Below are positions 46,910 through 60,100 of a stretch of 60,195 nt of DNA, in pieces. Below the pieces are notes generated by a model. The model saw only the letters and a program-made list of their open reading frames with translations. It ran no database searches and was not told the DNA's origin. Origin of the DNA: Piedraia hortae CBS 480.64 (Eukaryota); assembly GCA_010093745.1 (NCBI GenBank), contig MU005977.1, positions 62,001 through 122,195 on the forward strand. Reading direction: 5' to 3'. Position numbers and translations under genes: made by a program. Position 1 is the stretch's first letter; the number at the start of each line of letters is the position of its first letter.

Positions 46910-49373
46910 CACTACCAATCCCGCGTCAGTGATGATCACTGATATGAGGGTTCTGATCATTTATCACTAACTATCAGGATATGCCGATCAGGAACTATCA
47001 CCGTGACGATCAGAATTGCGGTAAAAATCTCTTTCCAGATGGTCACTGCTGGTCATAACAAGCATCAGTGCCTTTTACCATGCTTATCAGTGACAGCACC
47101 ATTTCTACCCACCGTTAGATTTACCGGTCTTGATGACAGTCACTGATGGTCATGGCAAGTATCAGTGTTCATCACCATGTTCATCAGCAACCCACAGTAT
47201 TCTACCTCAGGTTTCAGTTAACTGGCCTTGGTGACAGTCACTGTCCATCACAAGTACAGCCCCTGACTGTCGTCAAGCTCATCAGCAACGGACGCCAACC
47301 CTTCTTGATACTCTGTCGATATCGGCCAAAATAGGTACATTCCCAGTCCATAATCCATTGCGAGTCTAGTAGCTAAACCTGCGCAATGCATCAGTGTCTC
47401 ATCACCTAGTGATGGAACCTAAGCATATGGTTGTTGACAATCCACCGACTCGATGGGACCGCTTTTCGCTCGAATCTGTAGGCGTTCTCTGTCCAGGTTT
47501 TGTGGCAGCCGGAGTTGCATTAATGTTCCACATTTACTATCCGAGAAAGAGTGGAGCATGCCACAGCAGTTCGGTCTCTGCTCAGTGCTAATAGCCTGAA
47601 ACCTTTCACCGTGAACCACGTTTCGCTCCGTGTTCGCGGCTGTGCAATTCGAAGCCTCCACAGCAATTCCAAGATCGTGCTTCCGTTCCCCTACCGTAGG
47701 AGGTGCTCAACCCTGTCAATATCGCCATCGTTATGACACTCGACGAAAGACCGAGAATGGCAAGTCACAAGGCCATGGAGATGCAAGTACATTTGGTATG
47801 AGCCATGCGACCATTCAAGGACGTATCTGTCGCGCGATTCATTGTGAAGGCTTTGGTCGACCGATCTCGGATGTGATAACGTTTGACTTTGCGGAGCCCT
47901 TTCGACTGGAAGTCCTAGTTGTTCCGCTTTCTGTGCTCCTGGCAGATCTTCAAGACCTTACTACCAGCGTGGGCCGTGTAAGTTCCAACGTGCCACCAGC
48001 CTCCTTCAGCAACATGCCATTATGTCTTCAACAAGAGAATATCGGTTGGCCACATCATGAGATGTAGAATGCATGTTCCTGTGTCTGACAACCACTCGGA
48101 CATATTTGTTGCCGCTTTCTTGTCTTTGGGCAGAAGCTCCAATGACTGGGGCCATGCAGCCGTGCAAAAAGTGAAATATGGAAAAGAACATTGAGTTTGT
48201 TCTTGTTGGAAATAGTCCGGAATCCAAAGATGGTTACCAAGCCTTCCAAAAGCCCACTGGCCGCATTAATCACCCATTCGGACCAGTAACCCAAGAGTGA
48301 AATATGGTCATCATATATGAGGTTGGCAAGCTCTGAGAGCGAGCACCATAACTCAAACAGCGATTGGTTCCAACCTGACAGCCTCCCCGTGAAGCATAGA
48401 AGGTTCCCAACATGAGGGCCCATATCTGCACAACACATTGGAAATCTTTGCCAGTGAATGAACCACTCCAGCGATTGCTCTGCTTGGGGCTGGTAAAGCT
48501 CTCGAAGCCATCCCGGTTCATCGCCGTGGCTTCCAGGGCAAGATCCCAAGAATCTGGTTTTACATCGTCGTTGTCTTTCGTCATCCTTCATATGTACTTG
48601 ACTGATGGAATATGGAGATGGTGATCTAGCGCAGCGTCCTGTGCAATATGGACATGGAGAGTGGGAGCAAGGATAATATCTGTAATTATGCTCATGCATT
48701 GAGTTGTATTTTCTTATTGTCCTTTTTTTTAAGGTATTGGGGAAGTGAGGGGTTGAGGGGAAGGGCCACCACTGCCCCCACATTCTGGCACGGTCAAGAC
48801 CGCATTCGCCGTGATCACATCCTGTGACGTGGCCACGTCCCAGGGGAAATATCCTCTGTGAGGTAAAAACCTTGAGAAGTCTGGCCACATTTGCTCACGC
48901 GTTCATAGCAACGAGGCTTCTTGCCAACACCAGGTTCTTCATAACCCCTACCGAGGATGATTTCGAACAGTCCTTCGCCATCTTTAGGGCCTTGCCGGCC
49001 GAAAGGTAGGCGGCCATCCTCAGCCGTGACGTGGGAAAACTTGGATGGAAAGACCTTGGTGATAAGAGCTCGGGCCTCCTTGAAAATGATGAGGAGATTT
49101 TAGCCGATGAGTAGATCATTTTATAGAAAATGTGAAATATTTTGGCATAACAGTGCTTGCACCATGGATGGGAAGGTTTTCCACAAATGATTATCGTGAT
49201 GACTGTCCCTGATGGTCACTAATTTCGATCAGAACTATATCAATAATGATAGTCACTTCTGATCCTTGCACTTTTCTTCTCTCAGCAGTGATCGTCCTGA
49301 CATGTCCTGTACTAGTGTTTTATGACCATCAGTGCCCTCATCAGAGATAATAACTGACGCGGAACTGGTAGTG
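46910..49373 (-). mobile_element. CACTA (CMC/EnSpm-type) DNA transposon, internally deleted, non-autonomous
   Basis: TIRs CACTACCAATCCCGCGTCAGTGATGATCACTGA vs CACTACCAGTTCCGCGTCAGTTATTATCTCTGA (28/33 identical). Dense TCACTGAT/ATCAGTG-like subterminal repeats lie at 46921-47290 and 49190-49345. Contains a transposase remnant. Confidence 0.85.
47930..48680 (-). pseudogene. CACTA-type transposase remnant (C-terminal half)
   Basis: Collinear motifs recalled from fungal CMC/EnSpm transposases: VKYI*RMT, GSFTGKDFQCVVQIW, WCSLSELANLIY, KNKLNVLFHISLFARLHGP, QESGNKYVR..RNMHSTSHDVA, HVAEGGWW..HAGSKVL. Multiple frameshifts and stops. Confidence 0.75.
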
Positions 49374-50316
49374 TGCATCCAAACGTTTAGTACGCTGGAA
49401 GGCGTGGGATGCCTCTGTTGATGAGTATCGAATCCGCAAACAAATTACCCTCCCACTCTGACGGCAAGCACAGAGAATGACATCCGGCGGCAGTTTATGG
49501 CGGATACTGGGGAGTCGCGGCGCCGCACCTTGACGAGCAGAGGAATAAGTGTCTGTTAGCTTGCTCAAGAAGACGCACATGAGTAGGGTGTTGGTAGAGG
49601 TGTTGCGCAGGCGAAGAGTTTTTTGGGGAAGCATGACTCGTGATTTTATTCGGTGCCCAGACCACAACGCCAGTATTGTTTGTGCACATGTTGCATCGAG
49701 TATGTGCTTTGCTGCACACAACCTAAACTGGCTAGAGCTTTGGAGTGGTTAAATTCGTGAGGATATTTGAGTGTTTCCCGGCGATAGTGGGAAAAGGACT
49801 TCAATGATTTTTCCATGACATCAGGGATTGATTTGCCAGGTATGAGTGCAATCGTTGATTGACAACGGCTAACGCATATACGGAAGGCTATTGACAACAG
49901 TCAATGCATATACGAAAGACTGGAAAGTGAATAACTCTAACTGGTTACGGTTCACCATCGTCGACGGTTAGGCTCGACTGGTTGTTTACATCATCATAAT
50001 ATAAGGAAAATGAGGACCTCGTGCTTCTATTGAATACGATGAGCAATACAGCTACAGACTGTACTGTACAGTCTGTACATGAGGATGCTGTGTATTTTGT
50101 TTGGGACAGATTACCTATACCAGCAAAGGATGGTGTATGCCGTCCCGACCCGCCTCTTATGCTGATCCCGGCCCCTTTCCTAGCGCTGCAACTCCTAAAG
50201 GAGCCTCAAACAATGCATGACCACTTATCCATAAATCAGTCTGTTGATTCTCAAGCCACTTCATGCTTCGCCAGACGAGGCCCCGGGGGCTGATCAGACT
50301 ATCCTGGTAACGAAGT

Positions 50317-51228
50317 CTAGGTCGCCTTAGTCAGAGACTCCTGGTCACACTGCGTCCCATCTGTTCCGCCCTTTGCCGTAAGATTCTTGGCAACGGGTTC
50401 TTCAACCTTGATATTGCCATGGCCGCTTCCATTGTCGACAGCTGCCTTGCCATTGCCGAGGCCAGTATCTGTATTTTCCTTGTCATGAAGGCGGTTGTTC
50501 CACAGTATCTCAAACGTTTCCCCGCCGAACCATGCTGGGAGATCTTCGTCCCCGCACAAAAAGCCTGTCGTCCCGTTGCGGTGAAAGCCAATGACGGTAT
50601 AGGACAACCCATTGGCTGTAATCGTAGGCCAGGCCTCCCTTGGCACGGGCTCAAGATCCGATGTTGTTTTCTGGTTCCACATGGCCATAGTCACCTGTTT
50701 GAACTCTGACATTTCCACCACCACCGCACGCAAAGCTCGAGGTTGGCAGTCTGGATCGACGGTTGCACCGTATTCCAACGAATCGGCGAGTAGGATAGCA
50801 GGCATCGGATCTTGGTACACTTTGGCTTGGTTGGCCACCTGATCGTTGATGTGCTGCTTGCAAGAATTGCGGAAATTCGAACATGCCGGGTCGTCCAAGT
50901 GGGGTGGTAGCACTTCGAAGCCATTCGATTCCAGCTGCCTACGCAAGGCCGGCGTCTCCTTTCCATCGTTCATAATGAAGAGCTCTACGACTCTTCCCTT
51001 TCCGCGCCCGTACACAACCTCGGCGTTGGCATCGTAGCTGTAATATTGCCTATTCGCCTTATGGACAGAACGGGATTTGTCCCACGTTTCCTGACTGCAC
51101 TCGTGTTGCTCAACAAATAGGCGCAGATACTTCGTATTTGAACGCTTCTCCGGGTCGATGATGGACGTGACGTTATCGCACCTCACTGACTTCAGCAAAA
51201 AGAGGCTGTGCATTCCTGCTTTAGGCAT
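50317..51228 (-). CDS. hypothetical protein of unrecognised family X (copy 2)
   Basis: 303-aa ORF MPKAGMHSLFLLKSVRCDNV..., paralogue of 15462-16490. Flanking DNA is also homologous (50118-51347 vs 15170-16605). Confidence 0.78.
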   Translation of the reverse strand: MPKAGMHSLFLLKSVRCDNVTSIIDPEKRSNTKYLRLFVEQHECSQETWDKSRSVHKANRQYYSYDANAEVVYGRGKGRVVELFIMNDGKETPALRRQLESNGFEVLPPHLDDPACSNFRNSCKQHINDQVANQAKVYQDPMPAILLADSLEYGATVDPDCQPRALRAVVVEMSEFKQVTMAMWNQKTTSDLEPVPREAWPTITANGLSYTVIGFHRNGTTGFLCGDEDLPAWFGGETFEILWNNRLHDKENTDTGLGNGKAAVDNGSGHGNIKVEEPVAKNLTAKGGTDGTQCDQESLTKAT

Positions 51229-51665
51229 GTCGGCAAATGTAGGAGTCTGCACCTGAAATAGGTGTTGCTCTGTTAAAATGGTGAGGCAGGAAAAAAAAAA
51301 ATTAAGTGGGTGGTGCGGCTACGGGTAAAGGGTGGTGTTGTTGTGCGTTAATCTGTCGGGAAGATTGAACAGGCAACGATGTGTGTTTGTCTGAGACTAG
51401 CTAAAATGAGGCGTGGCATCATGCCAAGGCGCTAATGCCGCGCTATGGGTCAGACCGCATTCACCGAGGCCACGAACTGTGACGTCACCTTCTTACTAGG
51501 AAGACATCTCCTAAAGAGGTAACAATCGTTTGGGAATCGTGTGGGACCTGAGCCGTGAGGTGAAGTGTCCCGGCCGTACAATGCATGAGATAGTCTACGG
51601 TCTCACGTACTGGCCAGACAATTGTGCGAACTGAAACGTTACGGGAATATCATAGCAGTCTAAAC

Positions 51666-52037
51666 TGTTGAATTCAAGCATCGCCGCTAGCGCGTATGTG
51701 GGACACTTGCACAGCAAGTCAGTTATACCCCCTTACACCACCGGCTGCACACTAGGTTTTTCCCTCACAGAGGTTTTCCCTCGGTGTTATGTCATATGTG
51801 ACATGGCGAATGCGCCCTGCTAGTGTACGACATGATGTCACCGGCCCACCGGTGCAGAATATACATTCTGACGTCCCCTCGTAGAGATACAGGGTCATTT
51901 ACATTGTCATATCGACACTAGTATTGACTCGTACCCACCTGCATCTTTCCTATCCCTGTCGTTGATCTCCGTCTATCGCTATATCCTCCTAGTTCAAGCC
52001 GCTGCGTACTCCCATCCACTAGAGTCCTATCGGATTA
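51666..52037 (-). mobile_element. solo LTR (copy 3)
   Basis: Full-length reverse-complement match to copy 1 with long identical runs (e.g. GGAGATCAACGACAGGGATAGGAAAGATGCAGGTGGGTA). Ends ...GAATTCAACA. Flanks TAAAC / GAAAC (4/5). Confidence 0.88.
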
Positions 52038-53177
52038 GAAACCTTATCACGTCTAATCTCACGGACGTGCAGTTCTTAGAAAGCGTTCTTAACATCTGGA
52101 CTGGGCCCTTCTCTATTGCAGAAGTGACCTGTAACGCATGCCAAGTGTGTGGAAAGAGCTTTGCAAGATATCAAAGCCCGGAGCCTGGTGACCGACGATG
52201 TCCTGAGCGCGGATCTTTAGATCTTGGAGGATAAACCACAAGTTTGCCTTAGAGAAGAATCATGTGGGCCTGTAATTGGTGTGATGCTCAACAGACTTAT
52301 GTCCTCTGGGAACAACACTGGGAGCTCATCTGCTGAGGGGAAGGTAGGCCCAACTGTTGCAGGAGACGCCAGGCATGGCCCCACTTGAAGCTGTCGCGAA
52401 TCTCAAGTGGGCACCTTGTTACGGACCCCAAGATTCCGAAAGGCCTGTGGATTTATAACGTGCGTTACCGGATGGATTCTGCGCACTTCGCTGAGAATTT
52501 TGCTGGATTTCGGAGGTCGGCTGCCCCTAAAATCCACAGGCAGTGTCAAGAATGCTGGCACACTCAGGTAGCTTCTCAACTACACCAGGTGGTTGACGGA
52601 CTCGGACCCGCTGTCCAGAAAGGAAGTGGCAGGCGTTATGAGCAAGCTGCAGGATCATGCTGCAAGGTTTCCTGTTGACGATAAGACCAGTTATTGCCAA
52701 AAGCGCGATGAGGCTAAGCATGTCGCTGGCAATGTTCCAGGCTTCCAAAGGAAAGTGGACATCCATGCTTGTATCCCCGCAAACGAAGTTGAGAGGCGTA
52801 TCGACTATCAAATTGCATTGTGCTCTCCGCTATGGCGAGGCCAATGAGACACTTCAACGATGACGTTCTAGCGATCTTAGTGCAGCCTTAGCACATCCTT
52901 AGCGTGACCCCGGCCAAATCGTCTGATGTTTATATTTTTTGCGTCTGATGCTTAAATTGCCCCGGAAGGATGGTACTATAATACCGGGACTGGCATCCAT
53001 CAGTCCAGTGCTGTCATTTGCGGTTGACGGGCGATCAGACTGAATGCTGCTAGGCGCGTCATGAGATTAGAGTAAGCGGGGAAAGGCTCCAATATGGTTG
53101 TAGCAGTGGTAAGGGATCTGGAACCTGTTCTGGCACCCGTTGACGGAATTGGTACAAAAAAGCTGCTCTGTTTCCTA

Positions 53178-53308
53178 CCATGTGTCATAACCCAGAGGGA
53201 AAACCTCTGCGAGTGAAAAACCTAGGGTGCAGCTGGTAGTAGGAGGTATCGCTGACTTGCTATGCAAGTGCCCCGGATACGCGCTAGCGGCGATGCTTGA
53301 ATCCAAAA
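53178..53308 (+). mobile_element. 5'-truncated LTR fragment (copy 4)
   Basis: Matches the 3' third of the LTR (GAGGGAAAACCTCTG...AAAAACCTAGGGTGCAGCTGG...GCGATGCTTGAATCCAAAA). Confidence 0.85.
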
Positions 53309-53344
53309 TTGTCCATGCGCTTGAGAATCTCTTTGCGGTGACGT

Positions 53345-54148
53345 CTTCGGCCCCATGCGCCCTTGGCAAACCGAAATCCTCGGAGTCTGGGCCGCGCCGG
53401 TCTGACATTGCTCAGTCTTACCGGACCGGAAGACCGTTAATGTGGCAACCTCCTGGCTTCGCAAATCCATGTGGCGACCCTTGTGATGGGAGTCAAGCGG
53501 AATCCCATTGCCGTTGCGTTGGCAGCCAGTCGAAGCTCTGCCGGCGGATTAAAGAGGATATGCTTTCTGCATCTCTCTCACATTCGGCAAAATGTCTGGC
53601 CTTGCGCAGACCCAGTATACGTTTGGCGTGGATGAGGAAGTACTCATCGCTGCGAACACCGGGTTCTGACTTCGGCATTCCAGCCAAACTAGGTGGTCGA
53701 AATAACTGTACAGGAGGTCCGGCAGTCACCGTAGAGGTCCTCCAGGTGATTGACCACCCGTCTTTGTAGGCGCAAGAGCTCGCTCTGGTGAATTAACGAG
53801 CTCCATCTGGGGCTGACTACTGGACGATTCGTCTTGTAAGTCTTCACCATTTGGCTTCATTTTGTGCTCGTACGCTTGGCAATCTACGCCGTCGTTTACG
53901 CGTGTCCTTTCCCATCCGGTGCACTCGGGAGACATCGTAGCGTGACAGATGTTCTGATACGGCAGGCCCATGTGTACAGCCGGTATGCGCCCAACTTTCA
54001 CGATGAACTACTCGTCGTTTGGAATCTACCCACTCCCGGTTGGCACATTGAAGGCTACGAGTAGGTTCGCAATAAGCTCTGTGTCCGCTCATGGGGTATA
54101 TACTATCTAGGTTGCTCTTGCTGCTTGAACGAGGGCAAGGTGGTCCAT
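53345..54148 (-). pseudogene. degenerate gene of unknown family Y (copy 2)
   Basis: ATG at 54148 gives MDHLALVQAARAT*, then an intron, then PAVHMGLPYQNI...FLIHAKR..ARHFAECERDAESISSLIRRQSFDWLP and KTEQCQTGAAQTPRI. Homologous to 12230-13165, including upstream DNA (54262-54400 vs 13297-13420). Confidence 0.65.
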
Positions 54149-57100
54149 GTATACCGGAAAGAGAGATTAGGGCGTGTTATCCAAAGTGTCGGCGAGGAGG
54201 GCGATCTCCTCCGCCAAGGATTGCCGCACGCACTCTGGCAAGCCGAGGGCGGGAGGTTAAAAGCGTGGTGGGTGGATATGTATGACTAGAGGTTTTGATG
54301 AATGTTTTTAAGGTCGAAACCTTAAAAAGTGCAAGACCCCGAATCAGGCGCAAACGCACGGACCACCAGCCTTTCGTGTTGTTGTGGACGTGTAGGATTC
54401 GTGACAGGCATGTGGCCTGTGCAATTAACCGGCCATACACGTCAATTACTCGATCATTTGTCCCTTAGGCTGTTTTCAGGCGCTAAATGCAGTGTACGCT
54501 AAGGTACAATGCCAACCCCGCATGAACTTACTGCGACCTATATGGGTGGTAACCACTTGCTGCCAGTTTTGACCTTCGAGTTAGTAGAATCAGATTCTGG
54601 AGAAACAGGGGCATGCGACTTTCTTTTTAACGCCAATCTAAGTCCTCATGAGGTGCGAAAGACATGCCATGGCTTTGCCCGATTTCTTTTGATAGCTGCA
54701 ATTCGATTGGTACCAAAATCATGTGCTTTGGAATTGATTTCAGTTTCGCAACTGGCCACAAGTAGCTTAATCAAGTCTTGGCCAAGCCGGAGTTGTGCGA
54801 GGCCACAATTCTGACTTGTATCAATCTGTATATGTCTGTCCTATAACGACGATTTTCTACCGGAATGTAACGTCGAGAAGTTCAACTTGAGCCGATTTAG
54901 GCTCGCCGCCGAGATGAGTGACTCAATGCAAGGATATGAAACTTTGAATGCATGGCGCAATCGCTTGAGGGATTCGATGCAATGATGGCTGTAACGAGTT
55001 ATCATGACAACCTATTTAATATCATTTGTATGGCATTTTTAATCTCTGACTGAGTCCTTGCCAGGTCATCAAGGCGGTTCTGTAGTCGTGTTATGTCCTC
55101 ATGGTGGCGTTCTTCGACCTGCCGGAGAGACGCAGGTAACATGTCGAGCGAGCGAGTTGTGGCTGCTTGGGCCTCTTTACGGGCCTCCATGCGGCTTTGG
55201 AGGTGCTCAAGTAGCTCTGAGGAAGGCTGACTTCAACCCCTTGCGCGATTTCCGCGAGCAGAAGCTGGCTCGCGGCGTGGGGCTTCTGGGAAATTATGGC
55301 ACTGGTGCTCGGCGGGCCGGACACTGTCGACGGGGAAAGGCTCAGTCGAATCGACCGGCTCATCCGAGGGCACTGGATCTATGGCCAGTGATTGATGGAT
55401 TTGGCGCCAGGAGGAGCTGTCAAGCTAACTAATGAATACAGCGGCATAGCATCGCTGACCGCCTGAGGCACAATTTTTGGACTCTGCGACGGCGGCGGCG
55501 GCACGAAACTCGGGTCATGTCCAAAACTTTCGTTCCAAACCTTGTGTTACGGGCTAGCCCTTTCGTCCCATGGTTGTTCCATGGATGTGATTTACCAGGC
55601 GTGCGCATACGCGGCACGCGCGCGCTTTCTGTGCAGGAGCTCATGTGTATACAGCAGGCCCTCTGACCCTCTATTGCTTCCATACGAGAAAAATCCCTTA
55701 CTCGAACCTGGGCCCGTGTGCACCCCTAGTGCTTTCCTTCACACTTTCATTCCTTGTCTGCTCTGCTGGCATGCCTCGCTCTCCAACTCGGCTTCATGCT
55801 TGCACACTTCCCTCTTCTGCTGCGCCATACGCGGACGATGCTCCTTCTGCGTTTCCTCCAGGTAGCCCTGACGCGCGTGTTTGTCCCTGCGCGCATGCGC
55901 CGTATCACCTTTAACCTCCTTCTTACTGACCATACTATTTTTGTTGGTATCCAAAGTGAGTGGGTGACACGGGGTTAAAATTTGGGATGCAAAAATTATG
56001 CGTGTCATATGGACACAGATTACTGAATGACGCGTTGTTCTTGGCAAATTTGACACAACAGGACAACCCGACGCAGCGAAAATGCGGAGAAATCGCCTGC
56101 TTGGACACACCCTTTGTATCAGCGTCATGCTCGTGTAAAATTTGCGGGCACTGCAAACCTGTGGGAAGAAAAACAGGATATCTTAGCAGAAACCATGAAA
56201 AACATATCTTCCGAGCGGGTAAGTTGCAATGTTCTTCTCTCCATTTTGTCGGAAGTAGCCATTCTGCCGATCCAGGTCGGGCAGACCAACTAACCACCTC
56301 TATCGCACAGATACAGGAATTGTATGTCGTGGCTCGTTGGAATCAACTACCCGACCGTCCCTCCAATACTTCCTCTAGACGCGAGACCATGGTTCATCCC
56401 CCGCACGAGGCATAGTCCTAGGTCCGCTTGAAAATGCACGAATACTTCTCTGAGGAAGCCTCGCATCGAATCGCCCAGTTCTTTTTCTCTCCCAGCTGTT
56501 CATTCCCCAGAAGGGAAGAGAAAAAGGCAAGTTTGCGCAACTTCTTTCCAGCGAGAGGCTGAAACATGGTTGAGTATTGCTTAAACTTGAAGCTGTCTTG
56601 TTTTGCCTTCTTCGAGTGTGGCTTCTTCCCAGCCTTAAATCCGCCTCCACCTTTAAAGTCATTTTGATAGGTGTAGAGTTGCAGGAGACGTGCGAAAGAA
56701 AATTTTGCCGGTAGATTCCGGTTTGAAGTGTACCATCCCACAATCGGCCACAATAAAAAGCAATAAGTATTTTGCGACATCGGCTGTGATAACTCTATCA
56801 CTGTCAGGCTAAGACCACCCCTCTAATAGGATTGAGAACAACAGATATATACACCCATTTCTCTGCCCCCATACGCGGGCCCGAGCTAGAAATCTTATCT
56901 TGGCAGGCCATTTTCATTTCTAGGTTCATGCCGGAAAGGAAATGAGCTCTAACAGACTCCACGGATGGAACGAAAACACCAACGCAAAGACAAAGGCCTA
57001 CACCATCGGGAAAATGAGGCGGTGAGACGAACGAGGAGGTCAAGTAAACAGATTTCAACCAATGTCTTCACCAAATGATGACTCCAATTATATCCATGCA

Positions 57101-60100
57101 AGCCGTTGTCTAAGGCCAGGCTAAACAACAGCAGAAAACAAAGTAATCACAAAGCATCCAGACACACGACGCCCATAATACATATTCCCGTCACGTCGCA
57201 TGGGAACTATCCTTTCGTCAGACATCCCCACAATGTAAAGGGCAAAAGTTACTTTACCTCTGAAACTTATCAGGGTCCTTAATGCTGCACGCAACTGTTG
57301 CTTCCATGTATCCCACCTGTGGGAAAACTCTGCTGCCTTGCCCGGTGCATTTGATCGTTTAAAAAATAGTAGCAGTCAGGCCTGGAAGATCAGGACGAGG
57401 ACGGTGACTATGACGACGCAACCGAGCTTTGCCATTGCCGAGTCCTTGTCCACGCAGACTGCCTCTATTATCTCCTGGGGCATTTTCGTTGTCGAACATG
57501 CTGAACGCGGCATGACCCTCATCGTTCGGGTCAAAGGCATTCCGCAGATTGGCCAGGCTTACGGTTTGCGTGTCGCCATCGGCGAAAGTCTCCCCCGGAG
57601 CAAGATCGCATCTGCTTGAACAAAATTGATCGATTTCTCGATCCGCATCTAGGTGATAAGAAGCATGGCGTTCTGTGGCGATAGAGTAGCAACCGGTGTA
57701 TCCGGCCTGTCTCTTCCTATATGCTAGTCTTCGGCCTGCATCTCTAACACACACAGATTCCCGGGATTTAGCGACTTTCGAACCAGACTAAATGGTTGGC
57801 AGATTTCAGTACGCTGTCTAGGAGGCCGTTTGGACGTCAGTATGCCCAGCGTTCTACGCGGACGTTAGCGCGTGTTTTCTTCTAACCATACGTTCAGCGC
57901 GGACGACTAAACGTTCGTCGTTGCGCTGGAAGCCACTCACGATGGGCACATTGGCCGCTGGGATCGTATTAGCAGGATTGCAGTGGTAGAAGGGGGTTTA
58001 CTCACGGATTCCGTCGCTGACACCCACAGGGCGATATCTGATGGGGCCAGAAGAGAGCTGAGGCTCAGGCTCGCCGCTCTAAGCCGAAGTGGTACGGCTT
58101 AGTGCCGACACTGGGCTGGAAGTGCCATCTGGAACCTTTCACCAGACTCTTGCTAGATCCGAAGTGTTTTGCGGCACCGAGAGCATGCAAATGTCCCCGA
58201 GATCTGATGCCCGCGTTCAAACCTAACTCGTCGGTCGACGTACTCGGGGAGCTGTCTAGAGGACCTTTGGGCTGCCAGTAGACCCAGTGATCCACGCGCC
58301 CATTGGCTCGCGTTCATTACCAGCCGGGGTACCCCTATAGGCATATCGAGCAGGCTGACATCTTGATATTTCCTATTCTTTCGCGCAGCCAGCATGCATT
58401 CGCCAAGGACGATGAAATACCCTTTATCTGAGACATACCTACTGCATCGCCTTTGAAGCTAGAATTGTGTTAGCAAAGTCCCAGTTCTCAAACTTGTGCC
58501 TACGTACCGTCTCCGTCGCAGACGCCAATAATGCGATAGCGCAGTTTGAGCTCGGTTCGTCCAGGCGTCGTAGATGTAGACATGATGAGTTGTTGATTGC
58601 AGAAACAACCTGGATATGTCTCCAATAAGACCGACAAAAGTATGGACCGGCATTAGGGAGAAGGACCGACAGGTCGCGTCAGGCCAACTTGGTAAAATTC
58701 AATGTTGAAACGGGACTAAAGCTGCCATTCGGAACTCGAGGCAGATATGGTAATGCTTGGGAATGTTATTTGAGGTTATGATGATGCCGACAGCTTCCGC
58801 CAGGGCCCCTGACCGTCGCTGATTGAGGATGCACAGCAGGTTGAGGTGGCTGTTGAGGTGGCTGTTGGGGCCTGTACCATCCATTTGTCGCTGCATCTTT
58901 TTGAACTAGGTGTAAAGTAGGCTAATTTTCTTGACAATGTAATCGTCACCACGGCCTGGGTCCCCCGTGTTGCCGTATATTGTTGCTCTATCCACCACGT
59001 CAAGGGGGATTTTGACGAAGACGAGGACGATGGACTGGAAGCGAGTTCGCCTGATGCTGCGCTGCGGGAAATATTGGCTGAGCTTCCAGTCTTCAAATGC
59101 ATAGACTACCGCATTTTCGATGGTGTAAGAATGCCCATGACGTTGTGCTGGGTGAATCCATGTGAGAGGGGTTCAATTTGGAAAAACCTTGGTTGGAAGA
59201 CGTGTTTGAAGACACGATGGGTGGTTGTTTTTCGTAACAACAAGTATCAAAAAGTCATCAATGCCGCGACGATGTCAGAAGTTTCCAGAAGCAGATAAGA
59301 GGTGCTGCTTGCTGCTAGGCGAGGATGTGTGCTAGACGTGAGCCAAAGCTCTATCGTCGAATGCTAAAACAAAATCATGAGTTGCTTCTTCATGTTGTCC
59401 CACCTCGCAGGGAATCAATAATCGCCACCCGTAACCTTCTTCAACACGGCACATTGTGGCTTGTGAGGTCAAACGAATCCTGGAAATGCCCAAGCTCGTC
59501 TTGTTCCATATATACAGCAAGGAATAGGCGTTCGATGGCGGTAAATCCCAAATTTGCTTAAAAGGCGTTCGCACAGAAGTATCTCCTCACCATGCGCCAA
59601 CTTAACCCAGATTTTTGCTGCAACTCATTCGTCACTATATGCATGGGTAGGGTTTCATCAGAAACCGACAGGGCGGATGTTGGTCCATATCTTAGGACCT
59701 CTGGGGATTGTTATTCACCTCAGCGCATTAAAGGTTGGTTTGATGGATGGTCTCTCCCGTTATCAGTGGCTTCTGACACCCGCCTCTTCAGATTCGGTTG
59801 GCGACATGGGTATCCCAAGAGGTGTTAAGAGTGGTTGAAAGCTTGCATTGAGTGGGGCCCGGAGGAGTGGTCATGAGGCTCATGTGGGTTACACTATAGT
59901 GCACATATATCGTCCGGTGAGGTGCTCGTCATCTTCTTTAGAGTTACGGCAGTTTGGATAGATCTAAGCCTTTTAACTAACAGCTTCGCGATAGGCAAAC
60001 AATAATCTCTTCCGATCGCTGGGACGGACAGCCGCATGAGACGCAATGCACGATGCACAAACACACTTTCAGCCAGAAAAAACCAACCATTCAAATAATC

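Noticed and set aside
46921..47290. Repeat-spacer (CRISPR-like) array
   Set aside because: Eukaryotic context, with short, degenerate, irregularly spaced motifs in both orientations; explained as CACTA subterminal repeats.
57895..57928. GC-rich hairpin (CAGCGC..GACGA / TCGTC..GCGCTG) as a Helitron 3' end
   Set aside because: No CTRR terminus at the expected distance on either strand, and no RepHel remnant seen.
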